25,575 nt of DNA from Ginkgo biloba. Lineage: Eukaryota > Plantae > Ginkgophyta. Below are positions 11,100 through 22,879 of this stretch, one piece after another. The DNA lies in contig JANKJI020000001.1 in NCBI GenBank assembly GCA_024626585.2, positions 17,958,058 through 17,983,632 on the forward strand, in the 5' to 3' direction. The notes under the pieces are model-generated. The model worked only from the letters and a program-made list of their open reading frames with translations. It was not told where the DNA came from and did no database searches. How positions within the stretch are numbered: the first letter of the stretch is position 1; each line of letters opens with the position of its first letter. Made by a program: the position numbers and the translations under genes.

Positions 11100-11720
11100 A
11101 ACCATTTGACAATGGTCTCAAAGACTTATTTTCCTTAAAGTAAGATGTTGAAAAATCTAATTTTGAATTTATGTGTAGGTTTAGGATGTTGTTTCATGTT
11201 TTCAAAACCCTATTTGTGGGGAGGAAATTATAATTTATTTATGAATTCCTTACATGTAAAAGTGCATTTATAAGTTTTAAAATATGGGACTACCTTGTAT
11301 GAGGATTTCATTAACAAATTTATCACTCATGAGGCATTTGAAATTCAGTCTAGTGTAAAAAATCACAAGTTTGGGGGAAGTTTACAGTTATATTCTAAAG
11401 GGAAGCAGGAACTCAATGATGGGATTATGGATTTTAAGATCATGTTTAGTTTTTCAGATAGATTATTGGATCCCATAACCTATGCTATTAAGAATTTGGA
11501 GAGGAAATTCATAAGTTCTAATAAAAAGTCCTCTTCTAATAATAAGGAAGGAGATGAATCTAAGGAGATAGAAATGATACATTTGACTCAGGAGGATTCT
11601 AATTATCTTAAGTCAAAATCTCCTCCTTTTTAACAATTTAAGCATTAACCATATGATCCCACACCTTGGTGTGACTATCATAATTGTACTAGATATGATA
11701 ACTTCTTTATTTATCAATTC
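11100..11720 (+). pseudogene. Tat/Ogre-like gypsy gag remnant
   Basis: DLFSLK*DVEKSNFEFMCRF (from 11123; cf. L..LKQ...ES..EF..RF) and YDPTPWCDYHNCTRYD (from 11652; cf. YDP...CxYH...GH zinc motif). Confidence 0.55.
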
Positions 11721-12279
11721 ATTTTAGTATAGAAATAGGCCAATGAAAAAATAAAGGATAATAATAATGATAGCATTCAAATTTATCATTAATACTTTCC
11801 TAAACATAAGGATAATTCTAAAGGAAAGAATAATAATAAATTTTATGGTAAAAAAAATAAAAATGCTACCAAGAAGAAATCTAGATTGGATGATTATTCA
11901 TATACCACTTTGGTGGATCAGGATGAAGGAAATGCAACTTCTAACTATAAATTATCTCATTTTAAATAGACCACATATGGATCTAAGTTTGTTGTAACCC
12001 AATATTCTCATCCTTCTTCTTCCAAATCTCTCGATGCAAAGGGAAAGGTAAAGGTTATTAATTTACTTGCATCTATAATGAACCCAACCCTTAGTCCTAC
12101 CTACTTCTCTATATCTAATTCTTCCTTCTATTCTACCTAATTCTTCTCACTTGTTATATTCTACATGTGTATGTAGGAAAACTTGTTATGCATGCATGGA
12201 TACTTATTTCTACCTTCTTATTACTTATATCTTATTGTAAGCCTCTAAAAGAATATTGAAAATTATATCATATCTTATG

Positions 12280-12424
12280 CATTGGGAGGTTTCACCCTCA
12301 AAACGGATTACTGTTGTATTGGGGGGTTTCCACCCTCAAAGTGGATAGTTATCAAGAGAGTTTTGCTTTAGTTGTGTAATTTTATTAAAATTAGTTATCA
12401 AGTTTCTTACAAGTGGTATAAGAG
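12280..12424 (+). mobile_element. LTR 3' end plus PBS
   Basis: Duplicated TTGGGRGGTTT(C)CACCCTCAAA unit (~12283, ~12319), terminus ...TTCTTACA (12411), then AG and TGGTATAAGAG (12414-12424). Confidence 0.55.
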
Positions 12425-13479
12425 TAATATCCTATGTAATATTTTATAGTAGAGAATATATAGAGGTATCAAATTTTGGTTATTTTTTTCTCTATATTTG
12501 CATAATTTCCTTTATTATTGTGTCATATAAATTGCCTTAAAGGGATTCTTACAAGTGGTTTGAGTTAAAGTTACAGAGTAACCTAAAATTTTCATAAAAG
12601 ACAGATGTCATAATATATATANNNNNNNNNNNNNNNNNNNNNNNNNNNNNNNNNNNNNNNNNNNNNNNNNNNNNNNNNNNNNNNNNNNNNNNNNNNNNNN
12701 NNNNNNNNNNNNNNNNNNNNNACTTCTTTAGGATAGTGTATTATATAATTTATTAGAGGGGTGTTTTAAACTAAGGTTGAGTCATATTTGTTGTGCTTGA
12801 TTCTCCATTTTTATCTTATTTAAAAATATAATAAAATAAAAGATATCATTTAATTTTTGAAATATTGAAATCAAAAGTGCAAAGTTTCTTTCTATTGAAT
12901 TTATTCTATAAATTCACCTTTCATATGCATATACTAATATAAGGTGTATAGTGTATCCCTTCAAGCTATCACTCATCCATGATTTAAGAATGAAGTCACT
13001 ATACAAGTGACTATGGTTGGGATAAACTGATTGTGTCAGTTCTACAAATAGACTTTTGTCTTCTTTCTACTTAAATTGCCTTTCATTCTTATTAAACTAA
13101 GGTTCCTTTTATTTATTATAAGGAGGATTTAAAAACTTAGAAAATTAATTCTGGAAGAAACCTTTCTTTCCCTTCTTCCTTAAGAATGGATGATTTGAAG
13201 GTGTAAATTTCTTCGTAACTTAGAATTGCTTCTTATAGTCTAACTGGTTCATTCTACTACTTCAACTTTTAATGTTATACTTTTTATAACTTTTATTATT
13301 TTAGGTTGAGTAATTGCAATCCCTTGTTAGATATGAAGTTTCAAACCTTTTATAAAATGATAAACTCTATATCTAATAGCTAAATACGATAATATAGTAA
13401 AAAGAGAATTCAACTTATTACTATATTCTTATACAAAACCTGATTTCATTAAGTTTAAAACCCGAGTATAACATTCTTA

Positions 13480-14057
13480 CAATTGATTCTTGTATGTAAA
13501 TTTCTTCATCATGACTTCCTTCAAGCTAGGCTAAGTCATGATTTTATCTATCATGCCATCTTCAATCTCTATATGAATTCCATTCACCATTATTTTACAC
13601 CACTCTTAAGTGCTCAAGGAACCATTATAACTTTGTTTTCTTTGAAAATACCAAAAGTCTGAAAGAAAGCTTCACTATTCTTACACATGCTTAGAAAGAA
13701 GTACTAAGGGCCATTCCATCATACTCTAGAATTTGCATATTCTTGAAATGCTTGACATTTTGCAACAACTTTGAATCTCTCTTAGATATCTTATATCTTA
13801 GTCCTTTCTTTTTATATGCTCTAGATGACTCCTATTTATCACCTTATGAATCCTTTTCCTCATCAATCTACGTTGGTTCCTTATCTTACTCTTAGAAAAC
13901 CACTTGCTTCCTTGTCATCTCATNNNNNNNNNNNNNNNNNNNNNNNNNNNNNNNNNNNNNNNNNNNNNNNNNNNACTGTTGAATCCAGACTTTCATTTGG
14001 CCCAACTTCTTTAAGATCTTTGACTCCATCTTGAAGTGCCCCTAGGCTTTGATACCA
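13480..14057 (-). pseudogene. Gypsy gag stub with PBS
   Basis: PBS TGGTATCAAAGC (14057-14046); downstream FQTFGIFKENKVIMVP*ALKSGVK*W* and IMT*PSLKEVMMKKF resemble gag L.G.A..WW and TW..LK..M..KF; adjacent plus-strand TATAACACTC at 14059 resembles a decayed TGTAACACCC LTR terminus. Confidence 0.65.
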
Positions 14058-14615
14058 CTATAACACTCTCATCCCTTAAACTTATAAGCTTAAAAGAACA
14101 TAAGAGTATATAATCATCAAAGTATAAAGCATAAAGAAATATCCATTTATGTAAAAATAAAGTAAAGGCATATACAATATTAAAAGACTGGACTATTACG
14201 TATAAGTTTAGTCTAATGACTTGAACTGGCCTATGGGGACCACCTTANNNNNNNNNNNNNNNNNNNNNNNNNNNNNNNNNNNNNNNNNNNNATAAATACT
14301 AATTGTCAACACTAAACAACCTTCCCTTTTGATTCCAACCCATGTAACTAATAAGAGTGTTAGGTGTAGGTTTGTTTCATCCTATCTTTAACATTAATGT
14401 TATCCCCTAATGGGATATATACCCAATTAATAGTAAATGCATATATGCATACCTGATTAGATAATATGAGAAAATTAAAATATATACATTAAAAAATAAA
14501 CGCCAATGCAAGTGANNNNNNNNNNNNNNNNNNNNNNNNNNNNNNNNNNNNNNNNNNNNNNNNNNNNNNNNNNNNNNNNNNNNNNNNNNNNNNNNNNNNN
14601 NNNNNNNNNNNNNNN

Positions 14616-15411
14616 TGTCAACCAAGTCATTGGGGGGAAGTGAGATGTTTGTGCCCTAGCTGTTTGAACTCAAGCATAAAATATCAAAGTGAAGAGGAAT
14701 AAAATATTTATGAATGAACTCATAGAGAAGGAGGAGAAAGGGTTGAATCATTGGTTGATGAGTTATTTATGAAATAGAGAAGAGAAAGTGCAAAGTAAGG
14801 AAGAATCATCGAGTGAAGGCAAATTGTGGGAGACTTTGGTATGCAAGTACACTTGCAGGGCTTGAGTGTAAGAGACAAAGGAGATGAAGAAGCAAGTGAA
14901 TGCTAAAAGACTAGGAAGAGCACTAAGAGAGGCAAATCAATAGTGGCATTGAGGATTCTGCCAAGAGGTAGAAAATTAAGATTGAAGGCTCAAATAGAAT
15001 CATTGATAGAGGCAACTTGAAGGTAGCACTGAAGAATTAATAGAGTGCCAAGATGGAGAGGTAGTCATTGGAGGCATCAAGGATTCTGTCAAAGTAAAAG
15101 CAAGTTAAGCAGTGTCGAGTATCCATTATATTGTCCCTTTGGTAGTGAGGAAGAGATATTGAGGCTATTGTAACATCTAAAATCCTTTGTTTAATGCCCT
15201 TGGAGTTTTGTTCCCCGTGATGGCTTCTTTAGTTAAAAATATCATGTCCATGTGTTCGCGTATATTGGTATTTTTACTTCATGTTATAAGGTTTGAGTTG
15301 CTGGGTGTCTAAATATTAAGTTCAAGTTTTTACCTTTGTGTCAGTGAGCATAACTGACAGGAAAAATAATTATGTTAATCATTCTTGTTGTTACTTCTGC
15401 ATTGGTATTAG
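14616..15411 (+). mobile_element. LTR 3' portion with PBS-like site, related to the LTR at 4843-5947
   Basis: Shares GAGATGTT(T)GTGCCCTA...TTGAA..CAAGCATAAAA with 5756-5804; ends ...CTGCA followed by T-TGGTATTAG (15403-15411). Confidence 0.55.
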
Positions 15412-15569
15412 TGAGTTCTTTTGTTGATGGGACAGACCGTGAACTCCAAGCTAAGAGTTCACCAACGTCATCAATGGGGTTTGTCTACTGAGATATTAGA
15501 AGGCAGGCACTATCAATATCATTTTATTGAATCAAAAGTTTCATAGGGGAATCATTGACTAACTACCCT

Positions 15570-17221
15570 ACATCATTCTACCATACTTCCACTCCAAGAA
15601 AGTAATAAAGTAAGCCAAGATATGTCATCTTAAAATTCATCTGGATATATTTCTTCAAGTCTGATATCATTGAGGTATTATTACCTATGATCAATAAATC
15701 ATCCATATATAGTACAATAAAGGCTATAGACTTTTCTTCATGAACCTTTATGTACAAATTTGAATCCACTTGAGATCTCTCAAATTCACTCTTCATGAAG
15801 TATATATCAATATTATTGTATCAGGATCTCAATGCTTGCTTCAGCACATACAAATCCTTCTTCAATCGACACACCAGTTGCTTCTTACCTTTCTAAATAT
15901 ATCTAAGTGGTTGTTCCATGTACATCTCCTCTATCAAGTCACCATTGAGATAAGTGCTCTTGACATCCATCTAGTGTAGTTGACATCCAAACTAAGCAGT
16001 TAAGGCTATCACGACCCTAATGTTCATCATCTTTGCAACTAGTGCAAATGTCTCCTTGTAATCAATACCTTACTTTTGCTTGAAGCCTTTCGCCACAAGT
16101 CTAGCTTTGTACTTATCCACTAAACCATCAAACTTACACTTAGTCTTGAGCACCCATCTGCAACCGATTGCTGACTTCACATCCGACAATCTAACTAAGT
16201 CCCAACTCTAGTTCTTTCTCACTACCTACATTTCAGCATTCAAGGCCTGAACCCACTTTTTCTCTTTACTCGCCTCCTCATATGTAGTAGGCTCCTCTGC
16301 ATTGAGCACCTGAGCCATCAAAGCAAAGTTCACCTATGGGGTTGGCCTCATCTTCGATTTCCTCTTGCCCTCTTTCTCAGGCAATACATCATCTAAAACT
16401 ACCTTGATCAACCAAGTCGAAGGACCTTCCTTCTTTTTCTTCTTTGGATCTTAGGAAGGCTCTATTGGCTTCTTTGCAACCTCCCCCTCACCAACATAAA
16501 AAGATCCTCATCTAGTAAGGAAATGAGGATCAAACTCTAAATCTTGAGCCTCACTTGAAGAACTGGATTTTGGTTATTCTTCAACTTCCTTGCCTTTATC
16601 CTATTTGATTCGAAAGTCACCCAAATCAACAGACTTTAGTCCACCACCTTCATCAAAGATGACATCCCAAAACACATTTACTTTCTTAGTTTTCATCTCA
16701 TAAACTCTATAAGCTTTACTTACCTCATTATACCCCAAAATATGTATTTAGAACTCTTACAATCCAACTTTTTCCTCTTCGCCTTTAGTACATGCATGTA
16801 TGTTGTGAACCTAAATATTTGAAGATGATTCATTGTTGGTTTGATTCCTATCCGCGCTTCCTTAGGAGTCTTGTTCCATACTAATTTCATGGAACTCCTA
16901 TTAGTCATATATGTTGTTGTCCTAACTTATTCTCCCTAAAAACCTATTGACAAGTTCTTAGCCTTCACCATCACTCTAGCCTTTTCCTAGAGTGTTTTTT
17001 TCATCTTCTAAGCCACTCCATTCTTTTGGGGTGTATGTGGTGTTGAGAATTATCTCTTTATGTCATGCTTTTTATAGAATTAGTTAAAATCCTTAGAATT
17101 ATACTCTCCCCCATTGTCTGATCTCGTGACCTTGATCTTCAACCCACACTCATTCTCAATTTCCTACTTGAATGCTTCAAATGTCTTAGACTTATCCTTC
17201 AGTAGATAAATCCAAACCTTC
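15570..17221 (-). pseudogene. Ty1/copia integrase and reverse transcriptase (RNase H absent)
   Basis: WIYLLKDKS...RSDNGGEY...TPHTPQKNGVA; KRKKLDCKS; EPTTYEEA; IGCRWV; YKARLVAKGF; MDVKSTYLNG; LYMDDLLI; YFLGVEV. INT-before-RT order defines copia. Many stops. Confidence 0.96.
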
Positions 17222-17817
17222 NNNNNNNNNNNNNNNNNNNNNNNNNNNNNNNNNNNNNNNNNNNNNNNNNNNNNNNNNNNNNNNNNNNNNNNNNNNNNNN
17301 NNNNNNNNNNNNNNNNNNNNNATGGTTAGGATGGCACATAAAGAGCATATAAGAAGGAGCATACACAAGTAAGAAATACACCGCATATGTCCCTAAATAC
17401 AAGACATTCACACACTAGAAAAATATTTTTTTAATATGGCTATGTATAGAGTATCACATACATTTCATACTACCTTTTTGAGATATTTAAAAAAATATAT
17501 GGCACACATGCTTGAACTAGTTTAAATTTACAAATCTTATTGTGATAAAATTTTCAATTACATAAACAATACAAATCATAATTAAATATCTATACTATCA
17601 CATAGAGCAGACCTACAAAATAAAATTATCTTAGCAACTTATTATTGCTTTCACTTTGGGGGATACTCTCCATAAATAGAAATAAATAATAGAGTTTGTG
17701 AACATGCATAATGAGNNNNNNNNNNNNNNNNNNNNNNNNNNNNNNNATTAATAGGTTGTATAATGAAACCAAATTAATAAAAAATATGCCTTGATTTACA
17801 CTAAAAAAACCAATCCA

Positions 17818-18075
17818 CTTCTCATTTGTAAGCACATCCCATAATCTATCATTGGCTAGTATTAAACATTTATCCTCTCTTTTAGTTTTATAATCAATTG
17901 AAAGTATAATGGCCTTGCCACCATGATATAAAACAACCCTTAAATCTCCACAATTTGAAACAATGATCTAATAGGAACCCACTATAGTAACCATAGTTAT
18001 AGATTTAATAATTTTAGGGAAAATTAGATATGGGTAGCATTCTACTATAACTAACTCTCCATTCCTATTGTTCTC
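17818..18075 (-). pseudogene. Protein phosphatase 2C (clade A, ABI1-like) gene fragment, intronless and internally deleted
   Basis: One frame: ECYPYLIFPKIIKSITMVTIVGSY*IIVSNCGDLRVVLYHGGKAIILSIDYKTKREDKCLILANDRLWDVLTNEK, versus PP2C consensus APETVGSTAVVA...IIVSNCGDSRAVL.RGGKAIPLSVDHKP.REDE // ECLILASDGLWDV.SNE. Confidence 0.9.
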
Positions 18076-18637
18076 ATGAGCAAGGCACCTCTAAGCTATC
18101 CCATAAGCCTCCTCGTGGGTGTAGAAACACTGTTCATAAGTGAAAATTTGCAATGAGAGCTTGTTGACCCTTTGAATCTCTAATGACCCTTAATACATTT
18201 TTTTAAATGTAATCTTTGTGCCAATTCCAAATGCAATAATATTAACCCTTGGGTTACCATGACCTCCACAACCATGACCTTCACCATAATCAACATAATA
18301 CCTCTCTAAGTTTCATCTCTATGCCATTCGTCAACACTAGCCAATACTAGAAATCAAGACATATATCCTTCTTGACAACATTATAAAATCTAACCAAAAT
18401 AGATTAGTTCTATTATTATGATAACGTATGTATGGATAGGAAGCACATAGATCTCCTTATCCCTTCTATTCTTAAAACAAGGAGACAATGATGATATGAC
18501 CTTGAGTTGAGTGTAAAACACAGGAAGAATGTTGTGAGTTACATAAAAGTAGCGACGATTCAACATGTAACAAGGAGACTAGCTATTGAAGATGGAGGAC
18601 AAAGAGATAAAGAGAAAAAACATCGTCTTTGATACCA
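18076..18637 (-). mobile_element. Possible copia PBS and heavily decayed gag/protease start
   Basis: TGGTATCAAAGA (18637-18626); Gly-rich GEGHGCGGHG (~18285-18255) and SKGQQALIA (~18177-18150), loosely like the copia gag tail before the protease. Confidence 0.3.
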
Positions 18638-19699
18638 TCATAAAAGAACAAAAGTGTAACACATAAAAGAAAAAGCGGGCATTTTTCATGTAACTTTCTA
18701 AATAAAAATATTTCCCTCACACATTTCATTCGAAATAAGGTGAATATATAGAGTATATAAATGCTTCTAGAAAGTAATGAAGACTCTACTAAGAACAAAA
18801 ATGGTATCTAATTTATAATGGACACACAACATNNNNNNNNNNNNNNNNNNNNNNNNCATTCACACATTATATTATTTGACTCAAACCTAGATGCAACCTA
18901 GGACATAGTTATTACATCAAAATTATACATTATTCTAACATTGTAGCCTATTAATGAATAATTCAACACAGGTTATTCAAAATATTTGGTTCTCTAAAGG
19001 CTACTTTAGAAGAAGTATCACAAAAATTAGCAAAATTCCTAGTTTTTTGAAGTTTACACAGTTAGGAGAAGTAATTATTATCATATGTTTCTATTAAACT
19101 TTTGAGGAATTTTCTAATTATTCTTCTTTATGATATCATATGGTTCACTAGTCATATGACTTCCTTGAAAAATATAATACTACCAATATTATTGTACCTT
19201 CTTCACACTTATTGGGTATACAATGAAATATAGTTCCAANNNNNNNNNNNNNNNNNNNNNNNNNNNNNNNNNNNNNNNNNNNNNNNNNNNNNNNNNNNNN
19301 NNNNNNNNNNNNNNNNNNNNNNNNNNNNNNNNNNNNNNNTCATTTTATGTTAAAGTAAATTAATCCCTTAGGTTGCCCCAAGTCTTACACTAAATGCATT
19401 TTCTATCAAATTGCTTTGATGAGAACCAGGGAGTTTCCCCTAGGCAATGCCCCTCTTGATGAATAAGGGAATACCACCAAATGGATTGGTCTACCACTAA
19501 AAGGCCTATTATCGCTCATTTTAGCACTTGTGATCGATATATGAGACAAAGGGAGAGAATATCTTACATCCATTTGATATATCCTTCTTGACGAGATTTC
19601 TCACCAAAATTTTAATCTCATCGTATATTCTCTTTCTCTTTTCATTATTTTTCTCATGATTTATTTATGCATCTGCTTACATTAAGGACACTCTACATA

Positions 19700-21541
19700 A
19701 ATAACCCTTATGTTTGTAGTCCTTTGAATGTGTTATTGATAGGTATCATACCGGGGAAGTGGTATTTTCCATTAACAAGGCCTCTTATGGGATTCTCTCC
19801 CATATAGACTAAAAAATTCTTGTAGGATTCCCAGGCCCCCCATATGGACTTAAAAACTATCAACCCTAAAACATAGAATTTAGTCGGCATAAGGATAAAG
19901 GGTTTAGAGTGGGATATTTATCCAACACTTCTTGCCATTGAATTGACTTTCTAACATATTATGTATAATATGAACCTTCTAAGCTTCCATTCCCTCTATT
20001 ACTCTAATTATCCACTTAGAGCATAACATGAGGCTCTATCAGTGTATATAAGGAATCCCTAAGCCACCTTGGTCTTTAACAATATAAAAAATCTCTTATT
20101 TTACCCCATAGAACCCTTTTTAACTATCGTAAGGGGACCAAAAGAAGTTCCTTAATAAATTATAGAGCCTATTATGAGATGACCTAGATGGGTCCCATCA
20201 TGAAGAGTAATAAACATGTGTGGCATTGAGCACCTTACAGGAAATCTGAAGTCGGGTTGGCAAAATCATGAGCCTTGTGCCCCAGTATTCCAACTTCTTC
20301 TCCTCCTTGCTAATAACATAATTCCACATATTTGTGAGCAAGGCCTGTAACCAAAAAGGAATTCCTAAGAATTTAAACAATTCTCCTATGGAAACCCATG
20401 CCTAGTTAGATTATCAAGGATATACCTACCTTGAATAAAACTAGTTTGCTCTGGTTTGACAATCAGTGGGATGAACTGCTTAACGCTTTTGGCAACAACC
20501 CTAGCAAGAATTTAATAGGAGGCATTCAATAGGGTTATTGGTCTCCAGCTTGAAATCAATTTTGGGTCTCTTGCCTTGGGTATAAATCAAATGTTTCCCT
20601 TATTAATTATTTCTCCCAAGGATGCTTTACCAATTGTTTCCTTATATACACTAAGAAATAGGCCCCCAATGAAGTCCTAAGTAGATTTATAAAACTCGCA
20701 TGGAATCCCATCTAACCCAAGATATATCTAATTATCCATATCATATAGTGTAGCCTTAAGCTCTTATAAGGTGAGAGGGACATCATAGAGTGATTTATAA
20801 ATAGGATATAGCTTAATGGGGACCACTCTTTAACATTCTTTGGTTACTTTTTCTTTATCACTTAGATTGACCTTGGGATCTAAACACAACAACATAGAAC
20901 TTTTGAAAGGAAGGCGTTATTTTTTTCTTGGGAGGTGATCCTTCCCTGATATATTTTGAGATATTGGATTTATATAACACTTTGTTTTTTTCTAATAGAT
21001 TTAATGAATTTCTTGCTTGATATGTCCCCAACTTTAATATAAAGTAATCTACATTTACCTAGGCCTCTCGAGATTTTCTAATATCTAAAATTTTTATCTC
21101 ACTGGATAACTTAGAATCTCTATATTGGAGGTCAGTATTAAAAGGGAAAAATTATAATTGGTATCTAACTTGCTCTAGTTCTATTTGAGTGGCCCTCTCT
21201 CCTTTGCTCTTATGTGAGCCACTTATTTTCCAAATCCTCTCAAGAATCATGTGGCCCTCTTGACTTCCTAATTCCACTAATAAATCCATCTCTTTTTCCC
21301 AAAAGGGGAAGGGGACCAAGAAGAAAACATTACGAATTCTAATAATATAAGTTCATAGATCTAGATGAGAAACATTGAACGTAAAAATAGAACCCCTAGC
21401 TAAAAATTTATGCTCCCCCCAGGCTATATTCAAAGTAATAGGAGAATGATTAGAAAAAGTGGTATGGCATAAAACCTTAACTAACCTTCCTTCTTCACTT
21501 TGGATTCTAAAAATATTATCACTTATAATCATCACTCTGTC
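19700..21541 (-). mobile_element. L1-type LINE ORF2 fragment 1 (endonuclease end, RT with internal deletion, C-terminal region)
   Basis: DRV..., FSNHSPI, GLDGIPCEFY, FIPK...SWRPITLLNASY, EQTSFIQGRYILDN, then directly FKFLGIPF, ATHVYYSS, QGGLGI, FKSIWGAW. Confidence 0.9.
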
Positions 21542-22879
21542 NNNNNNNNNNNNNNNNNNNNNNNNNNNNNNNNNNNNNNNNNNNNNNNNNNNNNNNNNNN
21601 NNNNNNNNNNNNNNNNNNNNNNNNNNNNNNNNNNNNNNNNNAATGCCAACTTGCGAAAAGTTGAATGGCTTCGTAGTGGCAATTATAAGAAATTTAAATA
21701 CTACCTACCTGTAAATCAAATCTCTTAACTTAGTTGCATGTGAAATAAACACCATTCACTCTAAGCTCCAACCCCATATTTGTAAAGTTCCACTATCACC
21801 AAAGGAACTAGATCAATTTGCTTATATACTTTAAAACCATCTGTCTCAATTAGCATCTTTTTGTTCATCATCTTAGTGATTGGAAACCTTGTATGAGTGA
21901 TGGTGTTATTAAATGATTATTCTAGCTTGAATTCACTCACTAAGTTTACCATTGATTGTGTTATAACTTCAAAAACCATTTTTTTCATCCATGTCTCCTT
22001 AATTGATTTTAATTCCATCATTTTAAAATATTACTTGTACTTATTAGTTCATGAATCTATGTCTATTATAAACCAATCTTATAACCTTATAGAAGGCCTT
22101 CAAATTTGTATTAAAATATTATTTTTACTAGATATATTCCTATTTTTATTTCTCTAGTTTGAATAAGTCTTCTTACTTATCCTAGAATATTCTTAGAATT
22201 ATTCTTGATTTAATTTTTTTTTTGAACATTAGTAAAAATCCTTTTTCCTTTATCCATTTATCCCTCTAGTCTATGCAACATGACATCCTCTAAGTAGTAA
22301 TGACCGAGTTAGTGATGAATGTTAATAAGGGATTCTAAGGGAGGATGACTAATTATGCCTTAAGACATTGTTAGATACCAACTAGAAAATATACGTGATA
22401 CATTGGTGAAGGAATTAACTAGTTACAACTCGTTAAATGCCCTAAGGGCAATGACAACTCAGATTTAACTACACANNNNNNNNNNNNNNNNNNNNNNNNN
22501 NNNNNNNNNNGTGGCACGAAATGATGTAAGCAAAAAATAAAATTGAGGTTGTGTAATGATTGGTGGATGAATAAATATAAGACATAGTAGTAAGATGGAA
22601 AAATAAATGGCAAAGAAGATTAAAAAAAGAATAGATAGAGAAGATAAGAAATTGAAATATGCGAGTAGTGAGAAGAAACAATAAAGATGATAGGGAAAGG
22701 AATGGACATAGAAGAGAAAAAATGGTGAANNNNNNNNNNNNNNNNNNNNNNNNNNNNNNNNNNNNNNNNNNNNNNNNNNNNNNNNNNNNNNNNNNNNNNN
22801 NNNNNNNNNNNNNNNNNNNNNNNNNNNNNGAAAATTTGATGTAATCTTTGACTTTGGACTAACTAACATTTAGAAATTC

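Noticed and set aside
18255-18285. PP2C N-terminal DGHGG motif
   Set aside because: GEGHGCGGHG lacks the F(G/A)VYD context and intervening PP2C similarity; more like a Gly-rich gag tail.
21897-22869. Hydrophobic membrane-protein ORFs
   Set aside because: Artefacts of AT- and purine-skewed low-complexity DNA with N runs; no motifs.
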